Assembly (NCBI RefSeq): GCF_004010195.1
Contig: NC_057759.1
Coordinates: forward strand, 6,227,477 to 6,265,477
DNA from: Chiloscyllium plagiosum
Taxonomy: Eukaryota
Direction of reading: 5' to 3'
Length of the DNA: 38,001 nucleotides
The notes under the pieces are model-generated. The model ran no database searches. It was not told the DNA's origin and saw nothing but the letters and a program-made list of their open reading frames with translations. Each line of letters starts with the position of its first letter. Within the stretch, counting starts at the first letter, position 1. Shown here piece by piece: positions 10,485 through 22,300 of the stretch. A program made the position numbers and the translations under genes.

Positions 10485-10989
10485 CCCAGTCCCCCTCCCC
10501 CGAAGTCAACACCACAAGTCCCGGCACCGGAAGCTTCCAATGCTCCAGCCTCTGGCAGGGAGGTGGGTGAGCGTCCAGCCGGCCAGAAGGCACTGAAGAA
10601 GACGCGATGCGTCAGGCCCGCCCACGGGGAGACCACCCTATCTCGAAATACCTCATATTTCAACAGTGGCCTAACCAATGTCATGTACAGCTGCAAGGTG
10701 ACCTCCCAACAACTGTACTCAATACTGAATGTGTTTGAGTAATTGTCAACCTAAGTCTGCCAGGTTCTGCTATGTGAATATGAGAATTTACGTTTTAACA
10801 GTCCCTGTCAGTTTTTGCTTCATGAATGTTTTGTTTAGTTAAGAACCCTTCCCGGTCAGGCTCTGTAATGTAAATGTGAGTGCATTTGTCAATGTTTGCA
10901 TGACAGATTTTCTTTTGTGAACATGTGGTTATCAATTTTCCCTGGTAGTTTCTGCTCTGTGAATATGAAAATGTAGTTATTAATCTCGA

Positions 10990-11765
10990 AATGAAAACCA
11001 AAAGAACTGCAGATGCTGGAAATCAGAAACTAAAACAAATTGTTGGAAAAGCTCAGCAGGTCTGACAGAGTCTGTGGACAGAAATCAGAGTTAAGATTTC
11101 CAGTCTAGTACCCCATCCTGTTAAGAGATGCTAGTCAGGAAAATATTAGATTTTCTGAAGAAGATAGGGTATGTTAAAGGGTAAGGGAGTAAATGGTGGA
11201 TGGATATAGAATCCAAAGAGAGGGAAGAACAGTTGAACAGATAAACTAGTGGATCAGTCAAATGAGGATAGTAATAGCTATTAATAGAGACTGTTAGTGA
11301 GTTTTGGTGTACAATAGAAGACGCTATGATAACACTGCATGGTGAGAGAGGTTTTGGGTAATGATACGGGAGAGCTCTAGCTCTAAAGATGTAGAATTCA
11401 GTATTGAGTCCAGAAGGCTGTCGAGTTCCCAAGCAGAAAATGAGGTGCTGTTTTTCCAGCTTGCACTGAACTTTGCTGGAGCACTGCAGCAAGCCTGAGA
11501 CAGAGATGTTGGCCAGGGTACAGGGTGGTGTGTTGAAGTGGCATGCTACTAGAAGCTCAAGGACATTTTTTTCTGGACAGAATGTAAGTGTTCTGCACAG
11601 TGGACACCCAATGTACATTCATTTTCCCCAGCACAGAGAAGACCAAATGGTAGCTAGGAAAATGCACACAATCAGTTCCAAGGAAGGGTCACTAGACCTC
11701 AAATGTTAAGTCTGATTTCCCTTCACCAATGCTGCCAAACCTGTGGATTTTCCAGCAATTTTTGT
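10990..11765 (-). mobile_element. Penelope-like element with GIY-YIG remnant and inverted pLTRs
   Basis: The minus ORF 11121-11618 (VACHFNTPP...LEKQHLIFCLGTRQPSGLN) is homologous to the ORF at 7966-8230. 11675-11765 is an inverted copy of ~11035-11120. GTTATTAAT occurs on both flanks. Confidence 0.85.
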
Positions 11766-12350
11766 TATTAATTTCTACCTGTCAGTTTCTGTGCTGTAAA
11801 CATGTGCATCAAACTGTACATGTCAATTTATGTGATATGAAACGGAGTGTTATTAATCTGTTCCAGTAAGTTTTGTTGATGAGAATGTGGTTATCAGTCT
11901 TCCTCTGAAATGTCCTGCTATGTGCACATGTACATAATTGACCAATCTGTCCCTGTTATGTTCTGCTCTGGGTATCTCGGGATGGAGTTATGAATCTGTA
12001 TCTGTCAGCATCTTATAAATAAATGTGCAAATGCATTAAGCAGACTGTGGTTGCCAGTGTTTGCTAAGTGAACAAATGGTGTGTGTGTGTGTGTGTATGC
12101 GCGCGCACACGCGTGTATATTTATGTATCATTCTCTCCCTTTCAGTTTCTGCAGAGTGAATATGAGACAGCAGCTATCAATCTACACCTGTCAGATTCTG
12201 TTGTGTCCACGAGAGTTTTGGAATTGATCTATACTTGTCAGTTCCTGCTGTGTGACTGAGAGAGTGAAGTACGGAATCAGTACCAACTACTTTCAACTCT
12301 TTTATGTATGAAAGTTGCTTAATTCTCTGGCAGCCAATAATATTCTAAGA

Positions 12351-12640
12351 TTCGATTCCAGCCCTGGGCGACTGTCTGCGTGGTGTTTGCACATTCTCCC
12401 CGTGTCTATGTGGGTATCCTCTGGGTGCCCCGGTTTCCTCCCACAGTCCAAAGAAGGGGTTAGGTGAATTGGCCATGCTAAATTGCCCATAGTGTTTAGG
12501 GATGTATGGGTTAGGTGCATTAGTCAGGGGTAAATGTAGAGTGATAAGGGAATGGCTCTGGTTGAGATAATCATCAGAGGGTCGGTGTAGACTTGCCAGG
12601 CTGAACGTTCTGTTTTGAAATTGTATGGATTCTAATTCTA
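12351..12640 (+). mobile_element. HE1-type V-SINE, 5'-truncated
   Basis: V-domain TTTGCACATTCTCCCCGTGTCT..GTGGGT.TCCTC.GGGTGC.CCGGTTTCCTCCCACAGTCCAAAG, a B-box remnant TTCGATTCC, and a CR1-like tail. Confidence 0.85.
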
Positions 12641-13500
12641 AATAAAAGACGCTCCCTGAAAGTTTCTACTAGATGAATTATTAAATATAAATTGATTAGT
12701 TATTAATCTCTCCCCATCAGTTTCTTAATTGATAATGTATGAATGCATTTATCAATCCGAATCTGCCATTTTTTGTAATATGAATATGGGAGTACAGTTA
12801 CTATTCTATGCCTGGAGACATAGGATTGGAGGCTCGGAAACTTCGGGAAATGTATATTAATATCTTGAAAAATATTTGATATCAGTCCACATGCCAAAAC
12901 AGGTGGTGTTTGGGATGTTAAAAAAAAACAAAGGTGTATCAAACTCTCAGACCTTATCAAGTATAACCCATGATGTTGTAGGGAGCTATATTGGTAATTT
13001 GAATAAATAATATTGTTTTCTTACTTTTTTTTAGAATAACTCATAGGGAGGGTCAATCTACCCCTATCAGTTGTTGCAATATGAATGTGTGACTGTGGTT
13101 ATAAATCTGTACCTGTCAGTTTCTATGTTGGTGCTGTTTCTGCAATGTGAATGAGAGTATAATTATCAGTCTCTAGCTGTCAGCTTCTCCAACATCTATA
13201 TGTGATGTTAGTTATGGAGGTGAACCTCTGTTAGTTTCTGTCATATGAATGAGTGAGTGTCATCATCAATCTGTCCGAGTTACTGCAATGTGAATGGGTG
13301 AGAGCAGATATCAAGCTGTAAATGTTTCTGCCATGTGAATATGAGTTGAATATAAGTGTAGTTGTCAGGCTTTGTCAAACTGAATATTGTTATACTTGTC
13401 AGATTCTGCTGTGCTTTATGCAATAAGAAACTGAGTGTTATTGCTAATCTGTCCCTGTCCATTTCTGCTTTGTGGATATGATACATTTGTTATCAAACGT

Positions 13501-13558
13501 TCTCTGTCAGTAACTACCTCTGTCAGTCATTACCTCTGTCAGTCGCTACCTCTGTCAG
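13501..13558. repeat. 16-bp minisatellite, ~3.6 copies (CTCTGTCAGT...TAC)
   Basis: tctctgtcagtaacta cctctgtcagtcatta cctctgtcagtcgcta cctctgtcag. Confidence 0.85.
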
Positions 13559-14204
13559 GGTGTATTTACTAATTTGTTCCTGTCAGTTTCAGCTCTGTGT
13601 ATTTAAGTATGCTGTTATTAATCTGTAACTCTGTGTCTGCCACGTGAATGTGTGAGTGCATTTAATCTATCAGCTTCTGTGTTGTGAATATGTGAACATG
13701 CTGACTAATTTATACCTGCCAGTTCTGATATGTAAATATCATCCTCAATTTCTCCTTGTCTATTTCTCCTATATATGTTACAGTGTACAGTTAGCAATCT
13801 GTATATGAATGTTTCTGCAATGTGAACATCAGAATATAGTCACCAATCTGACTGCTCTGTAAATGTAGAAGTACAGTCATCAAACTGTACATGGCAGCTT
13901 CTGCTTTGTGACTCTGAATTTAGATATTAATCTTTGCCTGTCAACTTCAGCTATGTGAATGTGTGAGTGCATTTATCAGTATGTACTTGTTAGTTTCTGC
14001 TCAGTGCATTTGATTTGAGTTATGGATTGTGTCATGGAAATTAAAGGGTTTTCCAACTCCAAAAGTGCAGACTCGAACTGGCAGGAATGATACCATAGGC
14101 TGCTCTTCAGGATGTCATCAGTTTTTCTTCAATGCATAGCTACGTACTTTTGTGAATAATGTTGAGAAATAGATAAGTGTTACATTCCTTTGGTCGTGGA
14201 CTTT

Positions 14205-17200
14205 CATGTCTACCCTATCTAATCCTCTGATCATCTTGAATGTCTCTATCAAATCTGGTCTTAGCCTTCTTTTTGCCAATGAGAACAGGTTCAAGTCTCT
14301 CAGCCTTTCCTCATAAGACCTTCCCTCCAGACTAGGCAACATCATGGTAAATCTCCTCCACACCTTTTCCAATGCTTCCACATCCTTCCCAAAATATGGG
14401 AACCAGAACTGTACACAACATTCCAAGTGTGGCCGCATCTGCGTTTTATATAGTTGCAGCATGATATTGCAGTTCCGGAACTCAATCCCTCTACGAATGA
14501 AACCTGACACATCGTATGCCTTCTCAACAGCATTATCCACCTGGGTGGCAACTTTGAGGGATCTCTGTACATGGACTCCAAGATCCCTCTGCACATCCAC
14601 CCTACCAAGAATCTTTCCATCGACCCAGTACTCTGCTTTCCTGTTATTCTTCCCAAAGTGCATCACCTCACATTTAGCTGCATTGAACTCCATTTGCCCA
14701 CCTCTCAGCCCAATTCTGTAGTTTATCCAAGTCCTCCTGCAACCTGTAACATTCTTCCACACTATCTACTACTCCACCGACTTTAGTGTCATCTACAAAT
14801 TTACGAATCCGTCCACCTATGCCTGCATCTAAGTCATTCATAAAAAAAATCACAAACAGCAGTGGTCCCAAAACAGATCCTTGTGGCACACCACTAGTAA
14901 ACGGACTGCAGGCTGAATATTTTCCATCAACCACCATTCGCTGCCTTCTTTCAGAAAGCCAGTTTCTAATCCAAACTGCTAAATCACCCTCAATTCCATG
15001 CCTCTACATTTTCTCCAAAAGCCTACCATGTGGAACCTTATCAAAGGCTTTACTGAAGTCCATGTATACCACATCAACTGCCCTACCCTCATCTACATGC
15101 TTGGTCACCTTCTCAAAAAACTCAACGAGGTTTGTGAGACATGACCTGCCCTTGACGAAATCATGTTGACGATCTGAAATCAAATTGATGCTTGCTAGAT
15201 TATTATAAATCTTGTCTCTTATAAACCTTTACAAACCTTTTCCTACAACAGATGTAAGGCTCACTGGTCTATAATTACCTGGGTCATCTCTACTGCCCTT
15301 CTTGAACAAGGGCACAACATTTGCAATCCTCCAGTCCTCTCTAACCAAATCTGTAGACAATGACGACTCAAATATCAAAGCCAAAGGCTTGGCTATCTCC
15401 TCCCTAGTTTCCCAGGGAATCCTCTGATAAATCCCATCCGGCCCAAGGGACTTGTGTACTTTCACTCCTTCTAGAATTGATAACACCTGTTTGTAACTAA
15501 CCTCGATCCTTTCTAGTCTAATATTTCGTACCTCATTCTTCTCCTCTACAATATTCTCCTTTTCCTGAGTGAAAACCGATGAGGAATGTTCATTTAGCAC
15601 CTCTCTGATCTTCACAGGGTCCACACTCAACTTCCCACTTCTGTCATTTATTGGTCCTATTCCTACCCTAATCATCCTTTTATTCCTCACATACCTATGG
15701 AAAGCTTTAGGTTCTCCTTTATTCTATTTGCTAAAGACTGCTCGTGTACTCTCTTTGCTCTTCTTAACTCTCTCTTTAAATCCTTCCTAGCTGACCTGTA
15801 ACTCTCCATCGCCTCATCTGAACCATCTTGCCTCATCAACACATAAGCCTCCATCTTCTTCGTAACAAGAGATGCAATTTCCCTACCTTATCGCTTCCTT
15901 CATGCCTGACAGGGACATCTCTTTCAAGGACACGCAATATCTGTTCCTTAAACCAGCTCCACATTTCCATTGTCTGCATTCCCTGCATTTTGCTACCCCA
16001 TTCTATGCATCCTAATTGCCCCGCATTATAATTGCCCTTGCCCCATCAATAACTCTTGACCTGTAGCATGTACCTATCACTTTCATCGCTAAACTAAACG
16101 TAACTGAATTATAGTCACTCTCTCCAAAGTGCTCCCCTCTTGCCGGCCCTTCGACATACTGTGTTAGGAAACCCTCCTGTTGACATTGGACGAAGACTGA
16201 TCCATCCGACGTACAGGAGTTATAGCATTTCCAGTCAGTGTTGAGGAAGTTAAAGTCCTCCATAATAACCATCCTGTTCTGTTCACTCCTACCTAGAATA
16301 ATTTTGCTAATCCTCTCTTCCACCTCCCTGGAACTCTGCGGAGGCCTATAAAAAATTCCAAGCAGTGTGACCTCTCCTGTTTCTAACCTCAGTCCACATT
16401 ACGTCAGCAGACAAGACCTCATCAAAAATTCTCTCAGCCACCGTTATACTATCCTTGACTAACAAGGCCATGCCTCCCTCTCTTTTACCGCCTTGCCTGT
16501 TCTTAATGAAAGATCTAAAATCTGGAACCTGCAACATCCATTCCTCACCCTGCTCTATCCAGGTCTCTGAAATGGCCACAACATCAAAGTCCCAGGTACC
16601 TATCCATGCTGCAAGCTCACCTACCTTATTTCGGATATTTCTGGCGTTGAAGTAAACACACTTCAAATCACTTCGCTGTCTGCCAGCGCATTCCTGTGAC
16701 CCTGAAATCATGTCCCTCCTACTCTCATCCTCCTGTGCAATGCAACTACACCTCCGGTTCCCATTCCCCTGCTGAGCTAGTTTAAACCCACCCGAATAGC
16801 ACCAGCAAATTTCCCACCCAGGATATTACCCCTCTGGTTCAAGTGAAGACCATCCTGTTTGTACAAGTCCCAGCTTCCCCAGAATGAGCCCCAATTATCC
16901 AAGAACCTGAAACCCTCCCTCCTACACCATCCTTGTAGCCACGTGTTCAGCTGATAACTCTCCCTATTCTTTGTCTCGCTATCACGTGGCACGTGTTCCA
17001 GCTCTCAGCTTCCACCCTAGCTCCCCGAAATACTGCCTTACATCCTTATCCCTCTTTCCACCTATGCCGTTATTACCTACATGGACAACGACTTGAGGCT
17101 GGTCACCCTCTCCCTTCAGGACCCCGAAGATATGATCCGAGACATCACGGACCCTGGCACCTGGGAGGCAACACACCAACTGTGAGTCTCTCTCACTCTC

Positions 17201-17440
17201 AACAAACCTTCTATCTGAGCCTCTAACTATTGAGTCCCCAATGACGAACACGCTCCTCCTTCTCTTGTGCAACAGGGACAGGCTCTGTACCAGAGACCTG
17301 GGCCCCCTGAACACCACTGGTTAGTCGCCCCCCTTAACAGTATCCAATATGTATACATGTTTTTCAGGTAATGACCACAGGGGATCCGTCACTGACTGCT
17401 TTCCCCCTCCTTCCAACAGTCACCCAGCTTTCTTCGTGCC
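14205..17440 (-). mobile_element. Near-complete decayed CR1 LINE (ORF1 SGNH esterase; ORF2 APE + RT)
   Basis: ORF1: VIGDSIVRG, CCLPGARVRDV, VVVHVGNN, DGLHLN. ORF2: YFNARNIRNK..VAISETW, PGNYRPVSLTSVVGK, SGVPQGSVLGPLLF, KFVDDTK, RPHLECCVQFW. The frames are broken. Confidence 0.95.
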
Positions 17441-18058
17441 TAATGAGTCATTTTTCAGCTGTTTCTATTTCTTGAAGTTACACTTTAACACTTGATCAGT
17501 CCAGACCTACCATTCAGGGTGGGATATGAACGGTAAACATCACCCCAGGCAAACGAGATAGAAACTTGTCCCCATCTTTGAGTACGGGGAGCAGATGCCT
17601 CTTACGATTGTCGGTTTGCGTCTTTAGTTCTATGCCTGGTCGACTCGAACCTGGGTCCCTGACGCTATTTTGTCCGATTGCAGATTACTATAAATGAGGC
17701 TTTCTGTTGCCGGCGAGAGATTTTCAAAATGAAGCGAGATCAAACCAGAGCAGCTGCAAGACTGGGATAGCAAATGTAGAGCGTTTGCTGATGTCAGAAC
17801 TAGTGCACAAAGGCTGGGCGATATTAAAATATTGTCTAAAGACGATTAATATGCTCACCCGGAAGAACGTTCTGTGATGTTTAATCAGCATACCGGAGTG
17901 TTTTTGAAATGTGAAATGAAGAGATTAATTGCATATTGCAGTTCTTGGCGCTTTCTTTGTGTTTCTGCCTGTTCTTCAGGTCCAGAAAAGAAAAAAAATA
18001 GTAGAAAGAGACAGATGCAGTTAGGCAAATGGATGAGCGAGAGAGATTGTATGAAGTA

Positions 18059-18093
18059 TGATTTGGAGATGCCGGTGTTGGACTGGGGTGTAC
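18059..18093 (-). mobile_element. PLE family B pLTR end, apparently continued at 23902-23912 after the Tx1 insertion
   Basis: TTTGGAGATGCCGGTGTTGGACTGGGGTGTAC on the left and ACAAAGTTAAA on the right together match the contiguous sequence in the copies at 4930-4971 and 8561-8600. Confidence 0.7.
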
Positions 18094-19036
18094 CCTATCC
18101 CGACACCTAGCCCACGACCTGCCCTGCCCCAACGATGCCCCTGCGGCCGTGCCAGCGTCGACCTGGCGCGGGAACCCTGACCCCCAAACCCGTACCTGAC
18201 CCTGGCCCTACTGACACCACATCCCGTTAGAGAAACCCCTGGGGCATCAACACCTGCCCCTGGCGCTGCAACACCTAGCACGGGGGCCCCCGAGCCCAGC
18301 CACACCCTAGCACTAACCTGGGGGAAACCACCGCTGCCACACCTCCTTCAGCGACCTCTGGGCCCCCGGAGAGGGAACTGGGCCCCGTCCCCGCCCGCCC
18401 TCACCTGATAAACCAGGGGCGGGTCAGGAAGTGACACGGCTGTCCCTCCCCACCCTGGCCATGCCCCCTGTATTCCCCCAGCCAATCGTATTCCGGGAAA
18501 AGCTGGGGGGGGGGGGGGGTACCTCGGGCCCCATGACCACCAAGGTGGGAGGGCAGGGGAAGACCCATAAATTCCCCACTGTCTTTCTGGGGAAGAGGCG
18601 TCGGCCCTTGGAGGGGAGAGACACTCCAGCGGCCCCTCCCCTCCCCAGGGGACAGGCCAACGGTGCCTCTCGACTCTCCTGCACCGCGGCCCAACCTACC
18701 CGAAACTCCCAGGGGCTGCAGCAGGGCCTCCTGCCTCAACTCCTCCGGCCCCTGGGGAGGACTATAATAACCACGCGGGCCGTGGTGCAGGCGACAACGG
18801 AGGACCCTCTGCTGGGTTGTAGAGGGGAGGAATGTGTTATTCTCACTCCTCCCTCCCAGACTGTTTTTCCGGGGGCCTTGGCCCTGGGGGAGGACCTTTT
18901 CCCCGAGGAGCCGGGCGTCCCTGTGTCGGGAGAGGAGCGGGGCCCTGAGCCTCTGCTGCCCGACGACCCGAACGCGGGGCGTTCCGGGAAGGGTTGCGTC
19001 GAGGAAGGTACCGCCGGTGACCCTGGGGGTAGGGTC

Positions 19037-19377
19037 TGTATCAGTGGTGCTGGAAGAGCACAGCAATTCAGGCAGCATCCGAGGACGGGCAAAAGCCCTT
19101 CATCAGGAAAGGGAACTGGGCCCCTTCCCCGCCCGCCCTCACCTGATAAACCAGGGGCAGGACAGGAAGTGACACGGCTGTCCCTCCCCACCCTGGCCAC
19201 GCCCCCTGTATTCCCCCAGCCAATCGTATTCCGGGAAAAGCTGGGGGGGGTACTTGATGAAGGGCTTTTGCCCGAAACGTCGATTTTGCCTGTCCTCGGA
19301 TGCTGCCTGAATTGCTGTGCTCTTTCAGCACCACTGATCCAGAATCTGGTTTCCAGCATCTGCAGTCATTGTTTTTA
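19037..19377. mobile_element. Composite PLE insertion: inverted pLTR + copy of 18368-18522 + pLTR, with 15-bp TSD
   Basis: TSD CCTGGGGGTAGGGTC at 19022-19036 and 19378-19392; minus pLTR 19037-19108; filler 19106-19253; plus pLTR 19254-19380. Confidence 0.9.
19254..19285 (+). ncRNA. Minimal hammerhead ribozyme motif (UUGAUGA core, GUC site)
   Basis: TTGATGA-A-GGGC(TTTT)GCCC-GAAAC-GTC-GATT. C3 is read as U, and the 5' strand of stem I is replaced by filler DNA. Confidence 0.7.
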
Positions 19378-22300
19378 CCTGGGGGTAGGGTCGCCGGGGG
19401 TTTGAGGCCAGTTGGCAGTGCCGGACCAGCCCCATCCTCTCGGTGGGGGAGGGGTCGGTAACCGAAGGCGATCTCCCGGAGGAGGGTTCGAGATCGGTGG
19501 GGGACGACGTGGACTCTGTCTGCAGTGACATTTTCGAGTCCCGGGTGCCCCCCAACGATCTCCTCCCCCTCGAGGAACTCCGAGAATTTGTCGAGGAAAT
19601 TCTGAGTCGCCAGGATAGAGCCCAACTCGCACTCGACCGCTGGAGCTCCTTTGAAAGAGTTTACTGGTCGGCCCATGCTGCTCGTCAGGTGCCTGGGCTT
19701 GACGTAAATGAGTGAAAGCGAGTCAGGAACTTCCTGGGGGCACTCCTGGTGAGGGCGAGTGACTTCTGTGCCCCTCCCCCGTCCTCCCAGTAAATGGATA
19801 TATCGGTTTTTAACTGTACTGGTGGTGGTTGCACAACGCTTCCGACATGGAGACAACTATAGCCAGCCTCAACAGCAACGGCAGCAGGGAATCACAGCAC
19901 AGATTCCAGACCCTTTCGGTCCTCCGGGACGGGAGGTATGCGGTGTCCTTCCTGCAAGAAACCCACACTACCCCAGGAGACTAAGCGACCTGGCTCCTGG
20001 AGTGGGGTGGGGGGGGTCGACATGAGTCACCTCACCGCAGATCTGGCTATCTTGTTGGCCCTGCATTTTCAGCCGGAGATTTTGGTGGTCAGGGAGCCTG
20101 TGCCAGGCCGTTTGCTTCACCTGACTGGGGGACGCGGTGCTTCACTTGGTGAACGTCTACACTCCTCTGGCTGGACTGAGGCAAGCGAGCTTCTTCGAAG
20201 AAGTGTCCGCTCATCTCGCCTCCATCGACGAGAACCAGTGCATCGTCCTCGGGGGAGATTTTAACTGCGTCCTCGAGGGCAGGGACCACGGCGGTGCCCG
20301 CACTGGTTGGGCGTCGGGGAGGAGGTTGGGGGACTTGGTCAAGTCTGGCGGAATCTCTATCCCGACTCCATTGCCTTCACCTTCGTGAAGATTCTGGTCG
20401 GAGCGTCCAGAATCGACCTCCTGTATGTTTTGCGGGCGTACGCCTCCTGTTTTCCGAAGGCCTCCATGCGGCAGGTGTCGTACACGGACCATCACCTGGT
20501 GTGGGCAGAACTCCTTCCGTTCGGCGCCAGGCTCGGCTCCGCGTACCGGCACTTTAACAACCTGCTGCTGGAGGACGAGCGGTTCCGGGACTCGTTTCGT
20601 TGTTTCTGGGCAAGCTGGAGAAGGAAGCGGGGAAGCTTCCCCTTTGAGGCTATGGTGGGACGTGGGCAAGGCTCACGTCCGCGTCTTCTGTCAGGAGTAT
20701 GCGAGGGGGTCGACAAAGAGGCGGAAATCCAGGATCGGGAAGTTGGAGAGGGAGATGCTCGACCTGGAGTCACGCCTCGGTTAGCCTGACGCGGACCCGG
20801 CCTGTACGGGGCGTACGAAGAGAAGAAGGCCGCGCTCTGGGACCTGCAGCTCCTCGGGGCGCATACGTGAGGTCGTGGATCCAGCTCCTCCAGGACCTGG
20901 ACCGCAGCTCCCCCTTCTTCTACTCGCTGGAAAAAAGGTGTGGCACCTGTCAGCAGCTCCTTGTGTTGCTGGCCGACGACGGGTCCCTCGTCTCGGATCC
21001 GGAGGGGATCAGGGCCCACGTCCGAAAGTATTACACGGTTCTGTTCTCTCCGGATCCGTCCAGAGAGGATGCTCGCAGAGTTCTGTGGGAGGACCTGCCG
21101 CAGCTCGGCCCGGAGGACGCCGGAAGGCTCGATGCTCCCGTCGCTTTAGAGGAGCTGACCGGCGCCCTCGACTGGCTCTCGAGGGGAAGACCTCGGGGCT
21201 GGACGGGCTGACTGTGGAGTTCTTCAGGACGTTCTGGGACTCCTGGGGAGCGACTACGCACAAATCCTGGGGGGGTGTCTAAATGCTGGAGAGCTGCCCC
21301 TTTCTTGGCGCAGGGCTGTCATCGTCCTGCTGCCAAAGAAGGGGGATCTTCGTTCTTTGAAGAACTGGTGTCCGATCTCCCTCCTCAGCACGGACTACAA
21401 AATCTTCGCCAGGCTGTTGTCTTCTTGTCTGGCCTCCGTGCTGGCCCACGTGATTCACCCGGACCAGTCCTACATGGTCCCGGGCCGGAGGATACACGAC
21501 AACGTTCACCTGGTCCAGGACCTGATCCATTTCTGTCGATGGACTGGTCTGCCGAGCGCCTTCCTGTCTCTTGACCAGGAGAAGGCATTCGACAGGGTCG
21601 ATCACGAGTACCTGCTCGGGACTCTGCGGGCATTCGGGTTCGGGATGTAGTTCGTCGCCCGGAACCGACTTTTGTACGCTGTCGCAGAGTGTCTGGTTAA
21701 AGTTAACGGTACCCTGATGGCGCCCCTTCGCTTCGGGAGAGGAGTGTGTCAAGGCTGCCCCCTGTCCGGCCAGCTGTATTCCCTGTGCATGGAGCCTTTC
21801 CTGCGCCTCTTGCGGAGGAGGTTGTCGGGGCTGGTTCTGCGCGGCGCGGGCACGGGGGTGGTCCTCTCGGCCTACGCTGACTTTCACTGACCCGGCGAGG
21901 ATGCGCGAGTGCCAGGCCGTGTACTCGGCAGCGTCTTCCGGCAGGATCAACTGGGCCAAATGTTCCGGACTACTGGTCGGTCTGTGGTGGGTGGACTCTT
22001 TGCCGGAGGAGTTACGGGGGTTCAGCTGGAGTACCACCCATTTCCTTTACCTGGGGGTCTAACTCAGCCCGGCTGAGGAATCCTGGCTGGTCAACTGGCA
22101 GGAGCTGGAGACCAAAGTCTCGGCTCGCCTAGGCCGCTGGACAGGACTGCTCCGAGTGCTATCTTACAGGAGTCGAGTGCTGGTCATAAACCAGCTGGTG
22201 GCCGCCATGCTGTGGTAGCGGCTGGTCACTTTGGTCCCTCCTCCTGGCTTTGTCGCTGACATTCAGAGAACGTTGGTCGACTTCTTCTGGGACAAAAAGT

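Larger units (their letters stand above)
10740..14030. repeat. Degenerate tandem array, ~47-49 bp unit (approx. GTTATCAATCTGTCCCTGTCAGTTTCTGCTGTGTGAATATGAGT), interrupted by a PLE and a SINE
   Basis: AATCTGT..CTGTCAGTTTCTG..TGTGAA recurs; example spacings are 13571 to 13620 and 13796 to 13845. Confidence 0.75.

Noticed and set aside
10740..14030. CRISPR-like array
   Set aside because: The context is eukaryotic. The units are degenerate over their whole length, with no constant repeat and unique spacer pattern and no cas genes.
17625..17680. B-box-like GGTTCGAGTC on the minus strand (possible tRNA)
   Set aside because: No convincing A box or cloverleaf; at most a decayed SINE remnant.
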